A stretch of DNA of 64,000 nt from Mobula hypostoma (lineage: Eukaryota): the NCBI RefSeq assembly GCF_963921235.1, contig NC_086108.1:35342001-35406000 (forward strand). The letters are read 5' to 3'. The notes under the pieces were generated by a model. That model saw nothing but the letters and a program-made list of their open reading frames with translations. It had not been told where the DNA came from and did not search any database. Shown piece after piece: positions 11,081 to 22,600 of this stretch (position 1 is the first letter of the stretch; each line of letters opens with the position of its first letter). The position numbers were made by a program, and so were the translations under genes.

Positions 11081-11644
11081 AGTCCTCCTGTCCTTTCCCC
11101 TGGTATTCTTAGATCCATGATTGAAAACAAAATGTAGCTGATGAACGTAGGAACATTGAAACATTGGGGGTATTATATTCCTTCACGTTTTTTTTAAAGA
11201 TGCCTTGTATTTTTCTCTCCATCCCTTCGTATGAGGAAGTATCCCACCTTGCACAACAGGAGGAAGGTAATGTTGCATGTATATTGTGGCTGGGTAACTC
11301 ATCATCCTTGTGGAGAAGCACCTGGCATTTATCTTTCAGCTCTCTACATAATGGTCAAAACCTCATAGATAAGGGAAGTTACTGAAGTACATTTATTCCT
11401 AACCTGTTGGACACTGTCCACTAGTGCAATATCTTGACACTTCTGTATATGACCCTTTATCGGAAGGGTGCAGATGCCAATGTATGCATCACACTTTACC
11501 TTATTTGCCTTTGGCACAATACACTTTGTGTCTCGGATGATATCACCAGCGCTTCTCCCAGAGAAGTGACAACTATTTACTGCTGTAATTAATAATGCAG
11601 TGGATCTGCTCTAGAACCTATGCAAAAGCATCAGTTGAATCACT

Positions 11645-11873
11645 GAACAACACACATAAAAGTTGCTGGTCAATGCAGCAGGCCAGGCAGCATCTCTAGG
11701 AAGAGGTACAGTTGACGTTTCGGGCCAAAACCCTTCGTCAGGACAGGCAAAGTCCTGACGAAGGATCTCGGCCCGAAACGTCGATTGTACCTCTTCCTGG
11801 AGATGCTGCGTTCACCAGCAACTTTTATGTGTGTTGCTTGAAATTCCAGCACCTGCATAATTCCTTGTGTTTG
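11645..11873. mobile_element. Inverted pair of Penelope-like pLTR fragments with two hammerhead cores
   Basis: Minus copy ~11648-11744 and plus copy ~11752-11873. CTGACGA...GAAACGTC occurs on both strands. 12-bp TSD AGTTGAATCACT (11633-11644, 11874-11885). Confidence 0.85.
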
Positions 11874-12832
11874 AGTTGAATCACTCATGGAATTGTGATG
11901 AATATTCACTTCCTGTGTCCCTTGGTTTTCTTGTAAAGCTCACTTCCTAAACGCAGCAGCTGCTACTTGAAAGCTCACAAGCAGATGTATGTAAACTTCC
12001 AACAAAGATTGTTTTTTTTAGTTTCTGGTTGTAAATGGGAGTCAGTCTTCAGTTCTTAAAATGTAAATGACAGGCAGTAATCAGTTTAAAATTAAAACAA
12101 GTACTGTCTCTAGAGCAGCTTTGCAGTGACTCTGCCTGCAGAAGCAGATGCTAGCTCACTGCACCTGGTCAAGATGCAGTATAAGACAAAGGGTTGCTTA
12201 AGTTGGCTTGTTTCAAACAGACAGCACTGACTAAGTTGCTTAGTTCAAGGGAGCTTGCAGATCGGATGGATAATATTATGCAGCATTACAAATAACTGGT
12301 GTGTTTATAGTTGGGAGCTTTCTGTACTCAAGGAAGTTAGCTTTTCAGCATTAATTGCGAACTATAAGCTGGCAACTAAGTCTCCAAGATGCTCTTAGAC
12401 CTTTGTGTAAAAGGATACCTGAAGAAATGTCATATGCATGTGAAGTCATCCACGTGGTAGAGAAAGAGTATAAATGTAGAGAGCAGTTCAGGCTTATTAG
12501 GAATGAGATAATGAACATCAATAAACATGAAAGAAATGCAGGGCGAACTAGAATCCATTTCTCTGGCTTTGATTTCTCCGATGGACAATTTGTTCATCTG
12601 CATCATTGATAACTCATTTTAGTTTGTAGGAATTGTACCTGTGCTTTGGAAATCCTTTGTGTCTTAGAAATCTTTATTTCTCTGTTTTGGAAATGCTTTG
12701 TGTTTCAGAGATGGTTTGTAATTTGGAAATGTTGAAGATGGAAATCCTCTGAGTTTTAAATGTGTTTTAAGAATGCTGTTTGGATTTAAATATGTATCAT
12801 GGTGTTTCAAACTACCTTGTTTGCTGTAAGTA

Positions 12833-14268
12833 CGGTGGTATGCAAAAGTTTGGGCACCCCGGTCAAAATTTCTGTTACTCTGAATAGTTAAGTGAGTAGA
12901 AGATGAACTGATCTCCAAAAGTCCTAAAGTTAAAGATAAAACATTTTTTCAACATTTTAAGCAAGATTAGTGTATTATTTTTGTTTTGTACAATTTTAGA
13001 GTGGAAAAAAAGGAAAGGAGCACCATGCAAAAGTTTGGGCGCCCCAAGAGATTTGAGCTCTCAGATAACTTTTACCAAGGTCTCAGACCTTAATCAGCTT
13101 GTTAGGGCTATGACTTGTTCACAGTCATCATTAGGAAAGGCCAGGTGATGCAAATTTCAAAGCTTTATAAATTTATAAATACCCTGACTCCCAACAATCA
13201 GCAGCCATGGGCTCCTCTAAGCAGCAGCCTAGCACTCTGAAAATTAAAATAAATGATGCCCACAAAGCAAGAGAAGGCTATAAGAAGATAGAAAAGCGTT
13301 TTCAGGTAGCTGTTTCCTCAGTTCGTAATGTAATTAAGAAATGACAGTTAACAGGAACAGTGGAGGTCAAGTTGAGGTCTGGAAGACCAAGAAAACTTTC
13401 CAAGAGAACTACTCGTAGGATTGCTAGAAAGGCAAATCAAAACCCCCATTTGACTGCAAAAGACCTTCAGGAAAATATAGCAGATTCTGGAGTGGTGGTG
13501 CATTGTTCTACTATGCAGCGACACCTGCACAAATATAAAAAGGGTGCAGAATTTCATGAAAAGAACACCTCTCCAACTGTTAAGCATGAAGGTTGATCGA
13601 TCATGCTTTGGGCTTGTGTTGCAGTCAGTAGCATGGGGAACATCTCACTGGTAGAGGGAAGAATGAATTTAATTAAATACAAGCAAATTCTGGAAGCAAA
13701 CATCACACCGTCTGTAAAAAAGCTGAAGATGAAAAGAGGATGGCTTCTACAACAGGATAATGATCCTAAACACACTTCAAAATCCACAATGGACTACCTC
13801 AAGAGGCGCAAGCTGAAGGTTTTGCCATGGCCCTCACAATCTCCTGACCTAAACATCATCGAGAATCTGTGGATAGATCTCAAAAGAGCAGTGGATGCAA
13901 GACAGCCCAAGAATCTCACAGAACTAGAAGCCTTTTGCAAGGAGGAATGGGCGAAAATCCCCCAAACGAGAATTGAAAGACTCTTAGCTGGCTACAGAAA
14001 GCATTTACAAGCTGTGATACTTGCCAAAGGGGGTGTTACTAAGTACTGACCATGCAGGGTGCCCAAACTTTTGCTTCGGGCCCTTTTCCTTTTTTGTTGT
14101 TTTGAAACTGTAAAAGATGGAAATAAAAAAGTTTTCTTGCTTAAAATATTAAAGAAATGTGTCGTCTTTAACTTTATGCCTTTTGGAAATCAGTTCTTCT
14201 TTTACTGCTTAACTATTTGCAGTAACAGAAGTTTTGACCAAGGGTGCCCAAACATTTGCATGCCACTG
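12833..14268 (+). mobile_element. Tc1/mariner DNA transposon, IR/DR type, internally deleted
   Basis: TA TSDs at 12831-12832 and 14269-14270. Termini CGGTGGTATGCAAAAGTTTGGGCACCCC / GGGTGCCCAAACATTTGCATGCCACTG. Inner direct repeats at ~13024-13045 and ~14056-14074. Confidence 0.95.
13207..14049 (+). pseudogene. Tc1 transposase pseudogene
   Basis: MGSSKQ..GYKKI..RSGRPRK, QQDNDPKH, WPSQSPDLNIIENLW. In-frame TGA at 13342 and 13594. A deletion near 13536 removes the region holding the first catalytic Asp. Confidence 0.92.
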
Positions 14269-14734
14269 TATCTTCTCTTTGGTGGGGAGGAGGGACCCAC
14301 CAATCGAATAGTGGGTATTGGCAGCTAAACTCGCTATGGAGAATAAACAAGAAGGTGAACTAGTCTTTGAAGATTAGGTAGTTGCAATGTAATCTCCCTT
14401 TAGTGAGAGTACTTGTGGCTATTTATATCTGATAGGCCTCAAGGTCTTTGTTTGAATTCAGAACTTTACGGTCAGCAAACAGAATATCATCACAGAATAA
14501 TTTGAAAGTACATCTCAGATGTTGTTGCTGTTTTATTTAATTCATAACTCACCTTTGCCTGCATTGACTCTTTTGAACTGAAGGAGGCATGTTGTTCCAC
14601 TTAGTTTGCAATCAACAATTTTAAAGGAGCATATTTTGTGGTAAATGGCAGCTGACATGTCAATTTGTAAGAATGTTTATCAAGCAAATATTTGGATGTT
14701 AAGAAATCACTTGCATCTGGGGACCTTACTTTTG

Positions 14735-15160
14735 CATCCAAAGGGACCACAATCTTGCTCTAGGTTTACGAGGCTTGCGTGCCTCAGTGACCCAGAGATC
14801 TATGTTGGCTGGAGTCAGGGTTTTATGCTTTGGCTCTTGGGAGCGTCACCCATAACAAATAGGTCAGAGGCCAGACTAAGAATGGTCCACTGTCCTCCAG
14901 GTTTGGGGGTTCAGCACTGGGCTAACAACCCTGATTGGAAAAAAAAATCAAAATTGTTACAGAACCAGCAATGAGGAATCCTTCTACATCCAAGTGTGAC
15001 AGCATTCCTGAGAATCCACCCAGGATTTGCACGAATGACTGTAGTGAAAACCAAGAGGAAGCTACTGATATGATGAGGAAAGCCCTGAACACCATCGGGG
15101 AAGCAGGACCTTCATTGCTGTCCTAAACGCCGGTGGCATAATGGGCAGTAAGTAAGTAAG
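14735..15160 (+). mobile_element. Probable RTE-derived non-autonomous retroposon
   Basis: RTE-like 5' UTR motifs (ctccaggtttgggggtt..gggctaacaaccct) joined to a 3' end with a (TAAG)n tail at 15149-15160. Boundaries approximate. Confidence 0.55.
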
Positions 15161-15494
15161 CACTTAGATGGAAAGGCCTCCTTAGTTAATTTGTTCTGTC
15201 TGCCTTAAAGACTCCGCTCCAATCTGAATGCATTGGTCAAATATCAGTGAACGGGGTGCTTCTCATGAACTGTGTCCCTGCAACAAAGGCAGGTTTCAAA
15301 GTGTAGAACTGCCCAAGCAAAAAGTCCAGGATGTGGCCAACTGCTACTTTTTCCTGAGTTTTGGTAGTTCCCTCCTGCTTCTCCTGAGGAAACACTGAAT
15401 CTCTCTTGATTCAACCAATATCCATTTTAACCATAGCTAAAGAGTTCTCTTCCCCTTAAGGTCTATACATTTCTCTTTCCCCTCCTAATTAAGC

Positions 15495-15760
15495 TTGACA
15501 ACTGTTAATTCCCACCACTGTCTGCAAGGAGTCTGTACACTCTCCCTGTGAGCACATGGGTTCCTCTAGCTCCCCCCCACAATTCAAAAACGCACTGGTT
15601 AGGGTTAGTAAATTGTGGGCATGCTATATTGGAGCCGGAAGCACAGTGACAATTGCAGGCTGCCTTCAGCACATCCTCGGACTGCGTTGGTAATTGGCAT
15701 GAAGGACTCACTTCAGTGTATGTTTTGATGTACATGTGACAAATAAAGCTAGTCTTTAAA
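15495..15760 (+). mobile_element. V-SINE-like element
   Basis: V-domain-like ctgtctgcaaggagtctgtacactctccctgtg..tgggttcctct and tail gtacatgtgacaaataaagct. Confidence 0.6.
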
Positions 15761-15962
15761 TATTTTCAAACGTGCAAAGAAGAAAATGAGTTAATATTTC
15801 AAGTCAGGGGTCTGAGTGCCAGTAATAACAGCCTGCCTGTGAGTTCTGTGTTCTGCTTCATGGTCATGAAGGATACACTGACAATGCTTTAAAGAGTTTC
15901 AAAGCTGTAAATCTGTGTAGGCAGATGGGATTACTTTAGTTAGGCAGTTAATTACAGGTTTA

Positions 15963-16194
15963 CACGAGGAATTCTGCAGATGCTGGAAATTCAAGCAACG
16001 CACTTCAAAGTTGCTGGTGAACACAGCAGGCCAGGCAGCATCTCTAGGAGGAGGTACAGTCGACGTTTCAGGCTGAGACCCTTCGTCAGGACTGCGTTTC
16101 AGGCCGAGAGCCTGGTCTCGGCCTGAAACATCGACTGTACCTCTTCCTAGGGATGCTGCCTGGCCTGCTGTGTTCACCAGCAACTTTGATGTGT
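15963..16194. mobile_element. Inverted Penelope-like pLTR pair with hammerhead, inserted in a CR1 tail remnant
   Basis: Minus copy 15963-16094 with complete CAGTC-CTGACGA-AGGGTCTCAGCCT-GAAAC-GTC-GACTG (16094-16057). Plus copy ~16113-16194. 16-bp TSD GTTAATTACAGGTTTA (15947-15962, 16195-16210). Confidence 0.85.
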
Positions 16195-16284
16195 GTTAAT
16201 TACAGGTTTAATTAGTTTGGCACAACATTGTGTGGTGGTGGGCTTGTTTTTGAGCTGTACCATTCTATGTTCGATGGGAGCCAC

Positions 16285-16480
16285 ACCCCCAGTATTATGG
16301 CTAATCTTTATCTTTACCAAGAAAGCAATTATCTTGTCATTGCATTGTTGTCCATGGGGACTTGCTCTGCACAAATTGGCTGCTACACTTGCAGTCATCC
16401 AACAGTGGGTCTTTGGCTACAAGAGCTGTGGGTTGTCTGGAAAGAGATACGAAAAACATTGTAAATTCAAGGCTTTCTTT
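16285..16480 (+). mobile_element. Deu-domain SINE relic (SacSINE1/AmnSINE1-like)
   Basis: attatcttgtcatt...ggggacttgctctgcacaaattggctgc resembles the Deu core as recalled. Further fragments at ~470-520 and ~18130-18215. Confidence 0.5.
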
Positions 16481-16714
16481 CCTGCTGTATTTTTTTGATC
16501 TTTGTATTTGGAATAGAAATCTGAGCACGAAATCTGGGTCCTTCATTACTGTCTCTGAAGCAAAGCCAACACAGCAAGAGTACAATCTAAGAGGGAAGAG
16601 GGGTGCATGAGAGTTTCTTGTACCTGGTTTATGTGGCACACAGGTTTACTTGGTGCCAGCTTACTGCATCCACACGAACCATTGGGCATCATTTATACTC
16701 ACTTTATTGTACCT

Positions 16715-16935
16715 CCACCCACATTCTCAGCAACTCCCCAAGATTCTATCACTCACCCTCACACTAGGGACAATCTACACCAGCCAATGAATCAACCAGC
16801 CCGCACGCCTTTGTGAACTGTATCACCTGAAGGAAACTCACACAATTATAGAGACAACTTGCAAGCTCCACACAGACAGTACTGTTAGTCAGCGATGACC
16901 CTGGGCTGTAAGACAGTGGCTTCACCAGCTGTAAG
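16715..16935 (-). mobile_element. V-SINE-like relic
   Basis: cactagggacaatctaca..gccaat..aacc and ggaaactcacac..acttgcaagctccacacagacag (reverse V-domain). Confidence 0.5.
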
Positions 16936-18319
16936 ACTGTGGTGTCCATTTGCAATCCATTATAATACTGCATTTAGAAACAATGACAAGGAGTGTTAAA
17001 TCTTAATCCGATGCGCCCCCCCCCCCCAAATAACTTTTTTTTTGTTTTAGTAAGGGAAGAAAGCAACATGAAGCTTTCTGGGATCGTCTGAAACTCCCTT
17101 TAGCAAAGGTCATGATGATCCCATTCCGAAATTTTATAAGAAATATGATGAAGCAGTGCTTTATTTGGTCCACCTATTCACTGGGGAGAGAAGCGAATTC
17201 AATGAGCTTTGGGCATGACTAAGCTGACTTTAGGTCAGGAGTTCTGTTTAATTCAAAGGTATTCACACCCATCAAACCAAACACCAAAAACTGAGCAGGT
17301 GGAATCTCCTTTAAAGAACTGAGATGTCACTGGCAAATTTAATGTTGTTCATGGAGAGAGAGATTTAACATATTTATACTTTACTTGCCACTATGAAGTA
17401 CTAATAATATATTAACCTGTCTTCGCATCCCAGGCCAGCCCATCTGCTGCTGTCAGTTTTTGGCAGTTGCATTTTCGGATGGTGTCAGAGCTCAAGGTCC
17501 CCTTGTCAGTCAAAGAACTCTCCCTGCACATCTCTCACCATCTGTTTTTGCCTTAATCCTGTGATTCTGAGCAATGGATTAGTTGGTACCACGCTTACTC
17601 CAAGTCAAATGCGTGTGCATCAAATGCATTAGAGCACAAAATATGGGCTGCTCTCACTCCTGGGCTAACTGGAAATGAGGAAGGGATGTATACTGACCCC
17701 TTCTGTCCTTTCGGAACAAGATCAGAGACACCCTCCCCCAAGTCCTGGTCACAACTGTGCCTCAACTAATGTGATATCTTGATGTTAATGTTTTGGGACA
17801 CCGGCCATCGCATTATTACTTGCTTATAATTGCCCTTGAGAAACTCCTGGGGAGTTGCCTTCTGGAGATTCTTTAAACCTTCTGAAGATGCTTGTCCAGT
17901 GTTGTTGGGTAGGGATTTATATCATCCCTATTTCATTGTTGTTACTTGGACCTTAGAGATATAGAGTAACACAGCAAGGAAACAGGCCCTTCACCCCAAC
18001 CAGCCCATGCTAGCCAATGTGCCCATCTAAGCTCAAACTACTTGTCTGCATCTGGCTTATTGTTCTCTCAACCATTCCTATTCATGTATCTGTCCACGTA
18101 CCTTTAAAAGGATCTTATAGAGTGCCCTTTGGCTACTGTGTTTCCTACATTACAATTGTGACCATGTTGCAAAACTACCTCATATCCTGTAAAATTCTGG
18201 AATGTCTTGAGCAGTTCATGAGAGTCATTATGTGACTGCCTTGATACCTGAACTTTCAAGATCAGTGGCCCTGGACAAGTTAATGAATAACAAACATGTG
18301 TGACTGCCATTCCCATTAA

Positions 18320-19268
18320 GTATAGAGTACAGAGTTCCTCTTGTCTTCACCTACCACCTCAGGAGTATCTGCATCCGACACATCGTTCTCCGCAACTTCC
18401 GCCACCTCCTGAGGGATCCTACCACCAAACACACCTTTACCTTTCTCCCCATCTCTCCGTTCCACAGGGATCACTCCCTCCGTGGTTCCCTTGTTCATTC
18501 CTCCCTCCCTGCACTTATCCCAGCTAGTGACCCAAGTGCTACACCAGCCCATTCACCTCCTCCCTTGCCTCCATTCAGGGCCCCAAACGGTCCTTCCAGG
18601 TGAGGCAACACTTCACCTGCAAATCTGCCGGTGTTGTCTATTGTGTCTGGTGCTCCTGGTGTAACCTCCTTTACACTGGTGAGATCTGCCATAAACTGGG
18701 GGCCTCTTCGTTGAGCACTCCGCTCCATCTGCCAAAATTGGATCTTTCCAGTGGCCAAATGTTTTAATTCTGATTCCCATTCCTGTTCCAACTTCTCGGA
18801 CTATGGCCTCCTCTTGCGCCACAATGAGGCCACCCTCAGGGTGAAGGAGCAACACCTTATATTCCACCTGGGTAGTCTCCAACCTGATTGCATGAATATC
18901 AATTTCTTCTTCCAGTGAAAAAAAAACCCTCCCCTCCCATCTTCTTCTATTCCCCACTCTGGACTCTTACTGCTTCTCAATTACCTATCACCTCCCCTGG
19001 TGCCCCCCACTTCCCTTTCTCCTATGGTCCACTCCACTCTCCTATCAGATTCCTTTCTCTCTAGCCTTTTACCTTTCCTACCCACCTGGCATCAGCTATG
19101 ACCTTCTAGCTGTCCACTCTACCCTTCTTCCACCTTTTCATTCTGGCGTCCTCCATTTTCCTTTCCGGTCCTGAAGAAGCACCTCAGCCTGAAATGCCGA
19201 CTGTTTATTCATCTCTATGGATGCTGCCTGACCTGCTGATTTCCTCCAGCATTCTGTGTGTGTTGCCT
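18320..19268 (+). mobile_element. Penelope-like element 3' part: GIY-YIG endonuclease pseudogene plus pLTR
   Basis: From 18573: IQGPKRSFQVRQHFTCKSAGVVYCVWCSWCNLLYTGE. C-terminus EQHLIFHLGSLQPDCMNINF, then a pyrimidine tract and a degenerate hammerhead cctgaagaag..cctgaaatgccgactg at ~19168-19204. Confidence 0.88.
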
Positions 19269-19655
19269 TGGATTGGGTTATGCTTATGGATGGATGCCCA
19301 CTGTGAGCGACTGATTTCACCTGGGAAGCTCAAGGACAATTGAAACTTACAGTGGAAGGGTATTGCTAATCGCAGGCATAGAGAATAGAGATTGAGGAAA
19401 ATAAACCCTTTAAGCAGAAGCAATTAAATTAATTTGTTTGGTAAAAGGTTAAAGAGCAACTCATAATATTGGAGAATTTGTAGGACTCCCACTGTGCACT
19501 TCTCTCCTTTGCATTGCCTGGAGCTGCTGTCAAGCGTAATGGAGGTGTTGGGTTGCAATGGGGACTTGAGGTGGGTGACGATGGCTCCAGGGAATCTGGT
19601 CAGAAGAAACTCAGATGACTGCTTTCTTGGTCATTTCTCTCACTTCCAAACTTAC

Positions 19656-22600
19656 AAATGATTTCTGTTCCATGACATTTTTGAGGCCAGTCCTAAGCAA
19701 TAGATTGTCTTTGTTTAAAATCCTGTAAACTCCATTTTGTGAAATGAGGGGGGAAGGAGGAAATACAATTAAGAGGCCTACTGGGCTGGGGTCAGGCCTT
19801 CTCAACATTATCCATCCAGGAACTATGGAACTCACCGAAGGAGTTGGACAATCCAGGGCATGGGCTGAAGAACCTGCAGTTGGAGCTACTCAGGCCACTG
19901 CAGGAGAAGGTCAGGCTGCTACAAGGTTGGAGTAACCGACTGCAGGAGGCTTGGAGCTCACCAGAAGAGATGGCACCAAAGCAGAAACAACACAGCATTA
20001 GTAATGCAGCCAAATGGAGGCAGTGAAACGCAGGAGCAGGGCGGGTGGTGAAACGCAGGAGCAGGGCGGGTGGTGAAACGCAGGAGCAGGGCGGGTAGTG
20101 AAACGCAGGAGCAGGGCGAGTAGTGAAACGCACAGCAGGAGCAGGGCGGGTGGTGAAACGCAGGAGCAGGGCGGGTAGTGAAACGCAGGAGCAGGGCGAG
20201 TAGTGAAACACAGGAGCAGGGCGGGTAGTGAAACGCACAGCAGGAGCAGGGCGGGTGGTGAAACGCAGGAGCAGGGCGGGTAGTGAAACGCAGGAGCAGG
20301 GCGAGTAGTGAAACGCACAGCAGGAGCAGGGCGGGTAGTGAAACGCAGGAGCAGGGCGGGTAGTGAAATGCACAGCAGGAGCAGGGCGGGTAGTGAAATG
20401 CACAGCAGGAGCAGGGCGGGCGGTGAAACGCAGGAGCAGGGCGGGTAGTGAAACGCAGGAGAAGGGCGGGTAGTAAAACGCAGGAGCAGGGCGGGCGGTG
20501 AAACGCAGGAGCAGGGCGGGCGGTGAAACGCAGGAGCAGGGCGGGTAGTGAAACGCAGGAGCAGGGCGAGTAGTGAAACGCACAGCAGGAGCAGGGCGGG
20601 TGGTGAAACGCACAGCAGGAGCAGGGCGGGTGGTGAAACGCACAGCAGGAGCAGGGCGGGTAGTGAAACGCACAGCAGGAGCAGGGCGGGTAGTGAAACG
20701 CACAGCAGGAGCAGGGCGGGTAGTGAAACGCACAGCAGGAGCAGGGCGGGTAGTGAAACGCACAGCAGGAGCAGGGCGGGTAGTGAAACGCACAGCAGGA
20801 GCAGGGCGGGTGGTGAAACGCAGGAGCAGGGCGGGTAGTGAAACGCAGGAGCAGGGCGAGTAGTGAAACGCAGGAGCAGGGCGGGCTGTGAAACGCAGGA
20901 GCAGGGCGGGTAGTGAAATGCCCAGCAGGAGCAGGGCGGGTGGAGAAATGCACAGCAGGAGCAGGGCGGGTAGTGAAACGCAGGAGCAGGGCGAGTAGTG
21001 AAACGCACAGCAGAAGCAGGGCGGGTGGTGAAACGCAGGAGCAGGGCGGGTGGTGAAACGCAGGAGCAGGGCGGGTAGTGAAACGCACAGCAGGAGCAGG
21101 GCGGGTAGTGAAACGCACAGCGGGTAGTGAAACGCAGCAGGGCGGGTAGTGAAACGCACAGCAGGAGCAGGGCGGGTGGTGAAACGCACAGCAGGAGCAG
21201 GGCGGGTAGTGAAACGCACAGCAGGAGCAGGGCGGGTAGTGAAACGCACAGCAGGAGCAGGGCGGGTAGTGAAACGCACAGCAGGAGCAGGGCGGGTAGT
21301 GAAATGCCCAGCAGGAGCAGGGCGGGTGGAGAAATGCACAGCAGGAGCAGGGGGGGTGGTGAAACGCACAGCAGGAGCAGGGCGGGTAGTGAAATGCAGG
21401 AGCAGGGCGGGTGGTGAAACGCAGGAGCAGGGCGGGTGGTGAAACGCGGGAGCAGGGCGGGTAGTGAAACGCAGGAGCAGGACGGGTACTGAAATGCAGG
21501 AGCAGGGCGGGTGGTGAAATGCACAGCAGGAGCAGGGCGGGTAGTGAAACGCAGGAGCAGGGCGGGTAGTGAAACGCAGGAGCAGGGCGAGTAGTGAAAA
21601 CGCAGGAGCAGGGCGGGCAGTGAAACGCAGGAGCAGGGCGGGTAGTGAAACGCAGGAGCAGGGCGGGCGGTGAAACACAGGAGCAGGGCGGGCGGTGAAA
21701 CGCAGGAGCAGGGCAGGTAGTGAAACGCAGGAGAAGGGCGGGTAGTAAAACGCAGGAGCAGGGCGGGCGGTGAAACGCAGGAGCAGGGCGGGCGGTGAAA
21801 CGCAGGAGCAGGGCGGGTAGTGAAACGCAGGAGCAGGGCGAGTAGTGAAACGCACAGCAGGAGCAGGGCGGGTGGTGAAACGCAGGAGCAGGGCGGGTAG
21901 TGAAACGCAGGAGCAGGGCGAGTAGTGAAACACAGGAGCAGGGCGGGTAGTGAAACGCACAGCAGGAGCAGGGCGGGTGGTGAAACGCAGGAGCAGGGCG
22001 GGTAGTGAAACGCAGGAGCAGGAGCAGGGCGGGTAGTGAAATGCACAGCAGGAGCAGGGCGGGCTGTGAAACGCAGGAGCAGGGCGGGTAGTGAAATGCC
22101 CAGCAGGAGCAGGGCGGGTGGAGAAATGCACAGCAGGAGCAGGGGGGGTGGTGAAACGCACAGCAGGAGCAGGGCGGGTAGTGAAATGCAGGAGCAGGGC
22201 GGGTGGTGAAACGCAGGAGCAGGGCGGGTGGTGAAACGCGGGAGCAGGACGGGTACTGAAATGCAGGAGCAGGGCGGGTAGTGAAACGCAGGAGCAGGGC
22301 GGGTGGTGAAACGCACAGCAGGAGCAGGGCGGGTAGTGAAACGCAGGAGCAGGGCGGGTAGTGAAACGCGCAGGAGCAGGGCGGGTAGTAAAACGCACAG
22401 CAGGAGCAGGGCGGGTAGTGAAACGCACAGCAGGAGCAGGGCGGGTAGTGAAACGCACAGCAGGAGCACGGAGGGTAGTGAAACGCAGGAGGAGGGCGGG
22501 TAGTGAAACGCACAGCAGGAGCAGGGCGGGTAGTGAAACGCACAGCAGGAGCAGGGCGGGTGGTGAAACGCACAGCAGGAGCAGGGCGGGTAGTGAAATG

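Noticed and set aside
19885..19920. Selenocysteine recoding of two in-frame TGA codons that align with Cys in the other flank
   Set aside because: The same frame also has a TAA (20000-19998), no SECIS was identified, and ordinary decay explains it.
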